The translations under genes were made by a program, and so were the position numbers. From assembly GCF_000143415.4 (NCBI RefSeq), contig NW_003314303.1, positions 97,579 to 161,578 of the forward strand: a stretch of DNA of 64,000 bases. The letters are read 5' to 3'. The stretch is from Selaginella moellendorffii (lineage: Eukaryota; Plantae; Lycopodiophyta). How positions within the stretch are numbered: position 1 is the stretch's first letter; every line of letters begins with the position of its first letter. The notes beneath the pieces were generated by a model. It did not search any database. It was not told where the DNA came from and worked only from the letters and a program-made list of their open reading frames with translations. Positions 1 to 12,484 of this stretch are shown here, one piece after another.

Positions 1-2786
1 CACGGATAGGCCGTGTTCCCGCAGCTTCACCAACACCTTGCGCACATGCTTGTCATGTTCCTCTTGAGTTTTTGAGTAGATGAGGATGTCGTCAAGGTAG
101 ACAATCACCATCTGATCAAGAAACTCCAGAAAGACGTTGTTTGCCATGTGTTGGAAAACTGCTGGAGCATTTGCAAGCCAAACGGCATAACAGTGTACTC
201 GAAGTGGCCATAGCGGGTTCGGAACGCAGTCTTCCATTCATCACCAGGCCAGATCTGGATGCTCCACGGAGGTCGATCTTGGTGAAGAAGTGGGCACCGC
301 CAAGGCATTCTAATAGGTTCGAAATCAGAGGCAACAGATAACAGTTCTAAATAGTCACCGTGTTCAAACCTTGGTAGTCGATGACTAACTGCAAACTTCC
401 ATCCTTCTTCTTGAAAAAGAAGACAGGTGCTCCAACCGGGGACTGAATGCTGAATGTATCCTGAGGCAAGGTTCTCGTCCACGTACTCTTTGAGGGCCTT
501 AAGCTCGAATGGGGATAACCCATAGATAGACTCCCACAAAGGTGATGCTCCTTCCTGTAAATCAATGGGACAGTCGTAAGGCCGATGAATAGGCAGTACA
601 CCAACTTTTTTCTTGTCAAACACATCCCCAAAATCATGATACTTCTTAGGAAGACTGACAGGAGAAACATGCAAAGCAAAAAGGAAAACAGGTTCTTCGT
701 GAAGGAATTCATTCATAGTGATTGTGGAGATAGGAGGAGGCATACGACTGAATGGAATGATGAAACGAGGATATTGTCCAGTGTAAGATGGAAGAGAGGG
801 GAAAGAAGCAGGTGAAAACTTCGTAAAGTCAAGAATAGAACCCCAATTTGAGTTTAGGGAACTTTTCCTGATTCGGACTCGATGAACAGTAGGGGAAGAC
901 GTGGGAGATGGTGACATGGGAGAGACAAGCTGTAATTCCTTCCAACAGATCTGAGGCTGGTGCAGTTGGAACAAAAGAAGGCTAAGCACCACAGGGGAGG
1001 ACTTGTTGTTGATGATGTTGAAGGCAATATCAGTGACGGTGGACAAATGTGTACTCAAATGGGCAACATTTCCCTAAGTCCAAAAGATGGAGACACAAAA
1101 TGCCCACCAATGCCTTCAGCCCTTAGATCCCATATGGTAGGAGAAAGAGGAACATGATGTCAAGCAACAAAGTCCATGTCCATGAAGCAGGAAGTTGCAC
1201 TTGAGTCCAATAGCACTAGAGCTTTGAGTCCTGATTGTCCGGTGAAAGAAAAGAGACATGGGATGCAGAAGTTGTAGGAATTGGTGGTGACTTTAATGAA
1301 AGGTGGTGAGGAGCTTGATAAAGAAGAAAAGTGATTTTTTTCAGGAAGTCCAAATAGACAACTCCTACTCTATTTGGACAGGGTCGTTTCCCAACTACAA
1401 TAGAGGTGGACCTTGAGGCAGAGTGAACTTGAGCAGTCAGGGAGGCTTCTTGGGACACACAGCTGCTTTGTGATTAAGATCGGCACAGTAGAGGCAAAGA
1501 TTATAAGATACTCGATGTTGCTTCTCAGCAGGACTTAACTTCCCTTTGATGAGTTGGGGAGTACTAGAGATATCCATCAGGACTGGAGCAGTAAGTTTAG
1601 GAGTATGCCCCAAAGACTCAAGCTGGAATTCCTGAGTCTGGGACGGGAAAATGGCAGTGCGGTGACTTTCCTAATGACATTCAAAGAGACAATTGTCACA
1701 TCGAATAGCTTTGTTGATGGCGTCCGACAGGTTCGTGGGATCCTCCATGGTGAGCAACAAATACTTGACACCGTTGTTGAGGCTGAAACGAAATTGATCA
1801 ATCAAGGCCCACTCATCCCACTGAGTGTCCAAGGCAAGGAGTTGGAACTCCACAGCATAGATCGAGGCAGGACGAGACCCTTGAGAGAGACATCTTATCT
1901 TTGTGGTGGCAGCCCAAACTCGATCTGTCTCGCCAAAACATGCTTCGAGCTTTTCTTTGAACAGCTGAAGATCCATCAACTCCAGAACCACGACCCCTTT
2001 CATGCTCTTCTCTAGGAGAGGAGAAAACCATGACAAAGCTGCACCTTTGAGTAGTGTCCCAATCACGCCGATTTGAGACTCGGGAGTGGGGTACTGCCAA
2101 TGTTGAAGTGTGAAGATCAGCTCCATCTGGTTCAGGAATCCACGAAGCTCCAAACGCTTTCCTGAGAACTTCGCCGGGAAACCCACCTTTGGTTCAGGAA
2201 CTCTACTTGATCCTTAAGCTGAAAGTGAAGCAAGCTCTTGTTGCATGTGAAGAAGGGTCGCCTTCAGTTCGGTATTCTCAAACTTAATTTTTGCAAGGAC
2301 CTCGCCAAAGACATTAGGATGGCTTAGAGACTCCATCGGCAAAGAAGAAAGAAAAGGGGGGAAAAAGGCAAAAGCAGTCAAACAATCAAAATGAGCTAAA
2401 ACAAAAGCAAAAAACACAATCTGAATCAAACTGTTAAGACCCCTAACAAGATCAAGATTGGAAAATGCAGAAGATAAAGAGAAAAGCTAGTGGAAACGAA
2501 GAAGAAGCTTTAGCCTGGCATTGATTTAGATTGTGGAGAAATAGAACAAGACTAACCTATATATACTATAGGTTGATGAAACTACACCTTTCTTGGATCG
2601 AGAATGTCCTAAATATAGCTAATGTCGAAGAAGCGCCACGTCATCATCAAGAATGTGGTTCGAGACTCAGGAATCGTACGGGAAATCAGAGAGTCAAGAA
2701 TAAGGAAGCGTCTCGAGAGTCAGGAATATGGTCTGTGGGTCAAGAATCTAGTCAGGAATGTGGCAAGAATTGGGAGATTCCTGACA
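1..2786 (-). mobile_element. Degenerate Ty3/gypsy LTR retrotransposon, 5' portion (LTR-gag-PR-RT); continues off the left edge
   Basis: Minus strand carries a Gag capsid-like ORF (1671-2186, KFSGKR..LRGFLNQ..GAALSWF), a zinc knuckle CLYCADLNHKAAVC (~1455-1500), a protease motif VLLDSSAT (~1195-1220) and RT fragments [33 protein letters not shown] and VIVYLDDIL (~82-108). Frames are broken by frameshifts. Confidence 0.92.
2432..2786 (-). repeat. Putative 5' LTR of the gypsy element
   Basis: Bounded by imperfect inverted termini TGTTAAGA...TCCTGACA, contains a TATA-like run at 2558-2565, lies just upstream of gag, and composition changes abruptly after 2786. The partner LTR is outside the window. 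Confidence 0.7.
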
Positions 2787-3649
2787 TAAAACAATAAAGT
2801 TAATTCTAGTCTAAAATGATATTATTATAAATTACCTTTACATTATGGAATTTAAAATTCTAGTTCCTCAATACAAGAAATCTTAGAAAAATTATATATT
2901 TATATCATTGTAGTTTGAAATTTTGATAATTTATAAACTTATTATAATTAATTTAAATTTAGATATATAATTTTAAATAAAGAAAAGTCATTCATATTTT
3001 GTTTTACTGGTGTTTCTTTTTCAGACTTTAACACTAACATATATTTAGTCTACTCAATCAAGTTCTAATGAATGATTTTTATTGTTATAATATACCAAAG
3101 AACAAACAGCTATATTAATTAGTAGAAAATTTTATTGAATTAAAAAAATTAAGTTTTGATATAAATTTGAAAATATAACCTTTTATATATTAATAATCTA
3201 TTATTAGGCATATTTCTATATTCACAGCTTAAATAATATTATACTAAATTTTTAAATTGATATTTGAGTGATTCTCCTATTATGAACACTACTAAAACTC
3301 ACTTTTCCACTTAGCTATTTTCAGTAGAAATATTATTCATAAAAAGTGAATTTTTCTAAAAATATTCATATCTCAAATGTTATTCAATTTGAAAATATTT
3401 TTATCATAATATTTTAAAAAAACTTTTTTTTGTTTTTCTTATTTTTAATCAATCTCTCTTGCGATCCTTATCTAAAGTTAAGTTTGTTAAGTGTGTGTAT
3501 ATTATGGTACAATATTTTTGGAGAAATGCCTAATATAGTGATATAAAAAAGGGCTAAAATGATTAAATTTTACTATTTTTTAATGATAAATTTATTATTT
3601 TTATATTTATATTATAGTAGTACTTGTGATTATCATTAAAAAACTTCCA

Positions 3650-6200
3650 ATGTTTTAATATTTTGCATTTTGAAGATTTTTCCTGATTAAATTGCTTTAG
3701 ATAGGATTTTTATGGATTAGTCAGCAAAAGTAATTATTCATTTAACTATATGAGTTTTTCTTATTTGCATGAACTGTCTTCAATTTCAATTTTAGGTTGC
3801 AAAATATATGGTATTGTTCAATATAATCAATTAACAATCAAATAAGCAAACATAAATGTACTTTGCAACTTGATAGGCTATGTGAATTTTGAACAACACT
3901 GTCAAAATTTAACTACAACTCCATATCTATGACTAGCAGCTGCACCATCTATAATTATAGCCACTATTTATCCAAGTTGATTTTTATTTTTTGAAAAAGA
4001 GTAAAAATGTTAGTAAAAATATCATTAATTTTTCACTTTTCACTACTACCATCCTAATAAAGTTTAATAAAGTTATTATCTTCTAGGAATTGCATGTAAG
4101 AAATTACATGCAATTCTAGAGTTCAAATAGTGCTTTATTGATGATTATAGAGTTGGAAGGGTAATGGACTTTGATAATTGAACATTGAAATGAGGTGTTA
4201 GGTTCCTTTTGAATCCTATATATAAGATTAATATCTCCTTGAATAATTACAAAATTATTAAAGGTAATCTTTCAATTTTAGTGGTCATGTAACTTTAAGA
4301 TTTGTCTTGATCCCAGCTTTAAACGAGCATAATGCAACCTGGCAATCAGGAACCTCTTTAAATTTGCCAATAAATGATTTACCATTTTTTCCTTAATCAT
4401 ATAATTCTTTCAACTTTATTCTTTTAGAGTTATCTAATATTTTTATAGTTTCCACTAAATCCAAGGACCTAATGTTCACTTTTTCATAGTTGTTATTAGC
4501 AAGGTAAGTGTAAAAACTTTGAGTTCTTTACTTCATGGTTAAATATTTCTTAGCTATCAAGGGGTTAAGTAATAGTTAGATTAGTGGAAGTGTATAAATA
4601 ATTAAAGAGAACAATTTTAAAAATGATCCATGAAGTTCAAATATAGAAAGAAAAAGTTTATGAATAAAAGTGCACCCTGTTTTTCATTTAGGTTAAGTGT
4701 CATTAGGTTTGAATAGTACTATATTGAGCGACCTCTCAAAAAGTTTAAATTTAAGAATTTACATTTGGTATTAAATAAGGTCTTAGGTCCGACTCTATTG
4801 ATTAGCTAAAGGATTTACACTATATGCTAAAATTAACATTTAGCAACGGTTCAATTTGTCTCTAGCTAAACTTGTTAAAAGAATGGGGTTCTTAAAAGAG
4901 TTATAGCTCTTATCTTCCCTAACCATATGCTAAGATTGACATTTGGCAAGAGTTGAGTTTGCCTCTAGTTGGGCTTGACCCAAAATGTAAAATGTTAAAA
5001 GAGTTACAACTCTCAGCTTTCATTTATGAAAATGTAAATTTACATAGAAGTGCTAATTAAGGGGTAGAATGTCAAGAGAGTGGGGCTCTCAAAAAAGTTG
5101 TGGCTCTCAACTTTCGTTCACGAGGGCATGAACTTGTAATGAAACATGGTGGATTATAAGCAATTAAAAAGAATAACTTGAGATATAATCCATGGGGTTC
5201 AAATATAAAAAAAACTATAACTTATAAACAAGAGTGCACTTTTTTTTATAATCAGTTAAAAGTTTTAGAATACTTGGGGTTAAATGTCCTTTGGTTTGAG
5301 TAATACTTAAGCTTAAGTAGTATTGGGTTGGGTGACTTCTTGGGAAGTTTAAATTCAAGAGTTTATAAAGTGATGTTTATCATTCTTAATCAATAGAAGT
5401 TAACTGATAAAACAATTTAAATATTTTGATTTGTTTGATTCATTTAATCATTTTTATTCCAAATTCATTTTTTCTTGGACTTGCTAGTAGATGTTATGAC
5501 TAAGCTGAACAATCTTAATAAGGTATTTCAATATGACTTCAAAGAGTGCATTGAGGTAATAGCTCATCTTAATACTACCATAGAGAAGGTAAAGTGAAAG
5601 TACCTTAATTTACAATTTGATGTTCATTCTCTAGTATTAGCTATTTCTCTTTAAAGGTCTTGATGTGGAAAATTAACATATAAAGATAAAGTTAGCCAAA
5701 AGATAGTCCAAAAGCTCTACTATGATTTTGTTGTGAATGTGACTAAGAAGAAGAATACAAGTAGCAGTGACTTGAATGAAGAACCACCACAACAAACATA
5801 ATGGTTACATTTAAAAGACTATTAATGCACTCTAAAGATGGGTTTCCTTAACAACATGAAACTCTTTAATGCTTGACTTTATCCTACTAGGAACCTTGCT
5901 AATAGAAAGAATTGGTTGGAGAAATTATTGGAACATTCAAAACAAACAAATTAACTTTGGCATAATGAGTTTGAGGAAATTATTTAGATCTTTCTATGCA
6001 TTTTGATCAAAAATGGGATGAGTGAAGGTTGGGTGATCTGCTCAAGACTAAAATTCATTCAAGTTTACATCTAGAGACCTTAGATGATTATGTTCCTAAA
6101 TGCAAAGGAGTGAGACTTGGTCAACTAAGACTTAGCATTAAACTTATAGATGATAATAAAAGATAGACAAGAGTTAAATGTAAGTAAGTTTTTCTTTTAC
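3650..6200. mobile_element. Highly decayed, probably hAT-like transposase remnants in AT-rich DNA (interrupted by a TRIM)
   Basis: Minus strand ~3930-3965 reads VAIIIDGAAA, resembling the hAT TDGA motif. Plus strand ~5490-5590 reads DVMTKLNNLNKVFQ. No intact ORF. Confidence 0.35.
4593..5367 (+). mobile_element. Decayed Cassandra-like TRIM with 5S-rRNA-related LTRs (copy 1)
   Basis: Two direct repeats (~4593-4763 and ~5155-5367) homologous to the LTRs at 54827-55629, a decayed PBS TTTGGTATTAAA after LTR1, and a 5S-like box AGTAGTATTGGGTTGGGTGACTTCTTGGGAAGT in LTR2. Confidence 0.75.
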
Positions 6201-6524
6201 ATGAATATTATATCATATGAAACAATTTCTTAATACCTGCTTTTTCTATAAAAAGAAAATTAAAGAAAAGGACCATGCAAATTTATGCCCTAATTATTCA
6301 TGTCCCGTACGTAGTGATTAATATTAAATTAACAAATAGTGAGAGCTCAAACTTTCATTTAGTATACAATTTTTAATTAGCTAAGTTGGACAAAAAGCAA
6401 TCTTTTACCCTTAATAAACAAGATCATATAGTTTATAGTAAACTCTAAGCTGAAAAGCTCCTTTTCATCTTCTTCACGAGGTGGTGTTTTCCATAATCGC
6501 TCTTTTCTAGGTGAAAGCTCCCTT

Positions 6525-7525
6525 TCAGCTTCTCATACTCCAGCGATGTGACGATGGCGGTGTTGTGAATCGGCTTGATGTTGGCGGTGAGCTCCAGCGG
6601 CTCGACGATGGCGGCGTCCGGTCTGTGACATCCCACTGCCACAGCGGCGTTCTTGGAGACGTCGCGGTTTGCTGATCCTTGAGCGAGAGCTTGGCCGCCC
6701 GTGGCGCTAGATCCTCTGCCTCCGGCTCAATGAATGGCTCGGGTTTCTTCGTTCCCCTGGGCGGTGGCGTCACGGCCTTGGATCTGGGAGTCGTTCTCAC
6801 GCTCGGCAGTGGGCTGGATTTTGCGTAGTCGAGGATGTCGATCGGGACGTCTTTGTCCTTGGACATCCATCGCCTCAGCCATCGCTCGCCTTCTTCATCC
6901 ATTCCCTGAAATTCCACCGCGTTGCGAACTACTCGATCCTGGACTTTCTTCGTGCTCTGGAATGGCGGGTCTAGCTTTCCCTGGATCCTGTGAAGCTTCA
7001 CGCTCGGCTCTTTCAATCTGTGAATGGAACGCGTGGATGAGGAACCCAGGGAGAGGAAGAAACCACCATAGAACTGGAAAGATCAGTCGAGTTTTACTTG
7101 AATGCCTCCCCTCTCATGAGACCTGTGGACTTGCGTCGCCACATTGATCCTGGCTTCCTGTTCTTGATGTCGCGCAATCGCGTCAAAAACCAGAGATTGT
7201 CCATGTCAATCTGGTGGAATCGATCTGGGATGAAAAATGTTTTGGAATCGATTCCAAGAAATGCTGTTAAGATCGAAAGATGGAGAGGAGAATCCGAGAG
7301 CTAGCCAGGAATTAGACACTCACTCTGCCAGAGTCGCTCCTTCTTCTGCTCGAGCGCCTTTCTGGGGCCTTGATCAGGGAGTTGATTGTCCACCGCTGGC
7401 TTCATGGAGCGAATCCGGTGGCGATGCCCTTCCATTTGCTTGTCCTCCTCCCACTGCAAGTACTTCGTCTTCTTCATGAATTTCTTCATGCTAAGCTCCC
7501 GGAGGAGCGCCGGGGTCAGCCCCAT
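6525..7525 (-). CDS. CFAP97/Hemingway (KIAA1430)-domain-like basic protein, 3 exons; possibly axonemal
   Basis: Phase-consistent GT-AG splicing gives HRHRIRSMKPAVDNQLP...KKERLWQ/NRFHQIDMDNLWFLTRLRDIK, resembling the CFAP97 pattern (H..L..MK..IDN..P...IE.EN..L). It joins ORFs 7301-7534 and 6525-7016. Confidence 0.5.
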
Positions 7526-7867
7526 CGCTCGCAACAGCCCTAAATCTTCATTTGAAAACTCTCTTTTAGCGGGCTCTCTCGCCCCTCAATCGGTTTGAAT
7601 GCCCTCCTCACATCCGCCACAGACGCGCGATGGATATTTCTCCGGGATGGACGGCTGGGATGGCGCAGGGCTTTCTTCGATAATTTGCTAGGGTTTAAGC
7701 AATTCTTAGGGTTCTTGGCGAGAAGCGTTCGTCTCGCAGCTCGACGCATTGTGGAAAATGCTGCTCAGGGCTGGGGCGCGCTGGTCGCGATAGTGGATTC
7801 TAGGTGGCATTCATCCACGGCCTGGCCGGCATGCGCGGGATTTCGCAGCAATCGCGTTGCCTGTGAC

Positions 7868-10800
7868 ATGTTGCGGGTTTTGAGATTCCATCCGCCGCTG
7901 AGGAGCGGGCGGAGGCTAGATGTTGCCGCGAGGAGTAGTAGTAAAGGACAGGAGCAAATTCCCAACTGGGAGAGGCTACGGAGGCTTATGCTAGAGAATG
8001 ACGGTCAGGTGGGGAGTAGTTTTGGCAGCAGCAGCAGCAGCAGCAGCAGCTACTTCCAGAACGATGTGGAGACTTTCTCCAATCCACAAAGCTTGCCAAG
8101 TCCGAATTTTCCCTCCGGGCAGCAACGCCGGGCATTGCATTCTATGGCATTCAACCGAGCTCAACCTCGCGGCTATTACGAGTATTCCGAGGATGACGAT
8201 TTGGACGATAGAAATGGAGGGCCTCCAGCAGAGGTAAGTTTGTGTATGATTTCTCTTTTGCCAAAAGCGTCTCTCTTTTAGAATCTCCACTATGTTAACT
8301 TGGACGAGTGGCGTTTGCGGCTAACAAAATTTTTGAGAAACAAAGAACAAACCGAGATTATATCGAGGGAAGCTCGGGATCGAAGATATATCGAGCCTTT
8401 GACACTTCTCGCCAAAGAAATGGGACTTCATTGGTAATGTATAGCGGTTTCTCCTATTGACTTGAGACGCTTAGCTTCTTTGTTTGCGCAGCCAAATGTT
8501 TGGCAAAGCTGTTGCGATAAGCAAGAAGCCTTTGCCGCATTACAGGCCCGACCTTGACGATAAGCGTCCTCAAAGAGAGGTGATTTGTAGTTTCCTTTTA
8601 TTTTGTTCTTGTGATTTAATCTGGCACGATACAGGTCTCGTTCTCCATACTGACGCACAGACGAACGAATGCATTGCTTGAGCAACACTTGCGTCTCAAG
8701 AGAATGTCAGCTGACACGTCCAGAAGAGCTCTTAGGGGGCCTGAAAGGTCGGCCAGCAGTTATGAAGAAAGCCCCACAACTACGATGCAGAGGAGCCGCC
8801 GGCTTGAAGCAAAAATGAAAGAATGGGAGGTTTGTGCTATGTGATGGTGTTAAACATCTTTTATTGACATTGATCTTGTGTAGGAATCCGAAGAGGGTCA
8901 AAAAATGATGACTATACGGAGAAACTTGCCTTCTTTCAAAGAGAAAGCCGGGCTACTAGAAGTGATTGCGAAAAATCAGGTTGGAAGTTCTTTTTGTTGT
9001 TGTTAAAGTTTCAAGTAATTCTTCTACAGGTTGTGGTGATTTCAGGAGAAACAGGATGTGGTAAAACAACTCAGCTTCCACAATATATTCTGGAGGCAGA
9101 GATTGAGGCAGGCAGAGGCGGTAGCTGTAACATTATTTGCACGCAACCTCGACGTATTTCAGCTGTTTCAGTGGCTGAAAGAGTTGCTTCTGAGAGGGGC
9201 GAGGTTATAGGCGAAACGGTAATCGAAGTCTGTCTTTTACTGTCTTTCTTGACGCTTTTGAGTTCAGATTGGATATCAAGTGCGTTTAGAAGGTATAAGA
9301 AGTCGAAATACCCGACTGCTTTTTTGTACAACGGGAATTCTGTTGAGACGCTTGTTGACTGACCCAAGTCTCAAGGGTGTGACGCATGTGATTGTTGATG
9401 AGATACATGAACGGGGCATGAATGAAGGTAAGGTTCTTTATGTCTCAAAACCGTGCTGAGCGTGGTCTTTTTTCTTTCTCAGATTTTCTTCTTGTTATTC
9501 TGAAGGAGCTTCTTCCTCAACGTCCTGACCTGAGGCTGGTGCTCATGAGCGCAACCTTGAACGCGGAGTTGTTTTCTAAGTACTTTTCTAAAGCACCAAC
9601 TGCGCACATTCCGGTATTGAACAAAATTCCCGTTAATACTGTTAAACTCTACTAACGTAATTTTCATGCAGGGGTTCACGTACCCTGTGAAGAGCCACTT
9701 TCTGGAAGACGTACTCGATTTGACGGGCTATAGATTAAATCAATTTAATCAAGTTGACGATTATGGCCAAGACAAGCTGTGGAAAATGCAAAAGCAACTA
9801 GCTGCACGCAAAAGAAAGTCGCCTGTGGCCACACTTGCCGAGGTTATCTGCGTGTATTTGTATCATATTTTTTCTCTAACATTTCGGAAGTTCAGGAGGC
9901 GATGGCTAGTCAGGCTTATAACGACAGGAGCGCCGGCACAAGGGAGTCTTTATCTTGCTGGAACTCGGACATTCTGAACTTCAATTTGATCCAGGCAACA
10001 TTATTACACATTTGCAAACAAGCGAGGGAAGGGGCAGTCCTGGTTTTCATGACTGGATGGGAAGATATTAGTGCTTTACTGGACAAGCTCAAGCAGGACC
10101 CTTTGCTTGGTGACTCGAGAAAAATTCTCCTTCTGGGATGCCACGGTTCAATGGCCACAGCAGAACAGGCTGGTCTTGCTTAATTGCTTGGTGGTATTTC
10201 GATGTTCGTGTCTAAATGTTTCTTTTTCTTTTCTGCAGAAACTTATTTTCGAACATCCTCCTCCTGGTGTACGAAAGATTGTGCTGGCAACTAATATGGC
10301 TGAAACGAGTATCACTATCAATGACGTAGTGTTTGTGGTGGACGTGGGGAAAGCCAAGGAGACCTCTTACGACGCTTTGAATAACACACCATGTCTTCTT
10401 CCTACGTGGATATCAAAAGCATCTTCGCGGCAGGTATACTCTTGCTTCTCTATGGAAATTCGTTATTCTAACTTCTGTCTTGCAGCGTCGAGGAAGAGCA
10501 GGACGTGTAAAGCCAGGGGAATGTTATCATCTCTATCCCAAGGCCGTTCACGAAGCATTTGCTGAATATCAGCTGCCGGAGCTTCTTCGAACACCTTTGC
10601 ATTCTTTATGCTTACAAATCAAGAGTTTGCAGCTTGGAGATGTTGCAATGTTCCTATCAAAGGCTATGCAACCACCTGAAAGTCTGGCGGTAAATATATA
10701 GTGTGTCTCTTGTCGTTTTTTGACAAACATTTTTGGCGATGTATTTCAGGTAAAAAATGCGCTTGAATATTTGACTACTATTGGAGCTTTGGATGAACAG

Positions 10801-12337
10801 CAGGAATTGACAGACTTAGGTACGTTGTTAAGCTGTGTCAATTTCAATATATTTTGTGTCACCCTTCCAGGAAGAATACTGGCATTATTGCCAGTCGAGC
10901 CTCGACTTGGCAAGATGCTCATAATGGGATCCATCTTCCGCTGCCTAGACCCTGTTCTAACAATTGCTGCCGGTTTAGCTGCTCGTGATCCTTTCATTAT
11001 GCCAATGGACAAGAGAAATGTGAGTAAACTTGTGCTCTAAAACTCCGGCCTCTAACATACCATCCAACTTCAACAGCTAGCAGATCAAGCCAAATACGAT
11101 TTTGCTGGTCGGGAAGCCAGCGATCATATAGGCCTCGTTCGAGCCTTTGAAGGGTGGGAAGCCGCAATGAGCAACCAGGTGGCGTCTTCATATTGTTGGA
11201 AGAACTTCCTATCAATGCAAACATTGCTAGGAATGAGTTCTCTCCGGAAGCAATTTATCGGGCTCTTGACAACGGCAGGGCTTATCACGGATGACCTGGG
11301 ATTTTTCAACAGGTATAGTCAAGACCCGGTTGTCTTAAGGGCTGTCATCTGCTCGGGTTTGTTCCCTGGAGTTGCCTCCGTGATGGTAAGTGTGTATTTT
11401 CTATTTTCAAAGTTCTCTAAGCTTGTCTATTTGAATGTTTGAGCAGAAAAAACAAAAGTCTGTGTTGTATAAAACCATCGAGGATGGCCAAGTTTTGCTT
11501 AGTGCTGTAAGTGGGATTCTGTCCTGTTTTTCTACCTCTAACTTGTCATTTTGTTCGTAGAGTTCGGTAAACTCCAGGGACTTCAATCCTAAAAATCCCT
11601 GGCTAATGTACAGCGAGAAGATCAAAATGTCAAGCGTGATGGTCCGTGATTCAACCTGCATTTCAGATTCAACGCTTTTGCTGTTTGGAGGCAAATTGAT
11701 CGATGGCCACGCGGTATGCTCTCTTGGATTTTCTTTTACCTTCTTCTCACTTCGATACTGCTGCTAGCCTGGACACATTCTTATGCAAGGGAGCTACTTG
11801 GAGTTCTTCATGAAAGTAGACGTAGCGAACACTGTCATGAGACTTCGCCAGGAGATGGACAAACTAATCCTCCGAAAGGTGAGCTCTGTCTCAAACTCGA
11901 CACTCCTCTCACTTTTCTCTCACTCGCAGCTGGCTAATCCCTCCATGGACATCTACACGGAGAACAAGGAGCTCGTGGACGCTGCCTTCGAGCTCATGCG
12001 AGGGGACGACTGCTCGGGCAGCTTCGTCTTTGGCCGGGCCACCAAAGGCAGCGGCTCCTCCAAAGGCTCGGCAGAGCTCAAAGACAAAGGCACTCCAGAC
12101 ACCAAAGGAATTCTCCAAACTTTGGTCCAGCGAGCAGGCTTTGCGGTTCCAACGTACCAGACGAGATCGTCGGGGTCTCAGTTCATATCGTGCGTGGTTG
12201 TCCGAGGCAAGAAATTTATCGGCGAGCCCGCCGAGTCGAAGAAGCAAGCCGAGAAGAACGCCGCCGCCATGGCCGCCGAGTGGCTCACGAGCTTACCAAG
12301 GATGCAAGACGTTCTCTCGGCGGGCAAATATTTTTGA
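7868..12337 (+). CDS. DExH-box ATP-dependent RNA helicase (DHX36-like, plant DExH3/DExH5 type) with HA2, OB-fold and C-terminal dsRNA-binding domain; many introns
   Basis: Motifs [42 protein letters not shown] and QRRGRAGRV, plus a dsRBD ending KKQAEKNAA. Start codon uncertain (ATG 7868 assumed). Confidence 0.93.
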
Positions 12338-12484
12338 CGTGATAGATCCTAGCCATACTAAAAACTATGGAAGCTCCGCGACTAGTTTTCCCATGGACAT
12401 TAGGTTGTCGAGAGAGAATATAGCATATTCTCTTAACGGATATCGCTACTTTTTGGTGTTCCAAGTTGCGAGCTCTAGGGTTTA

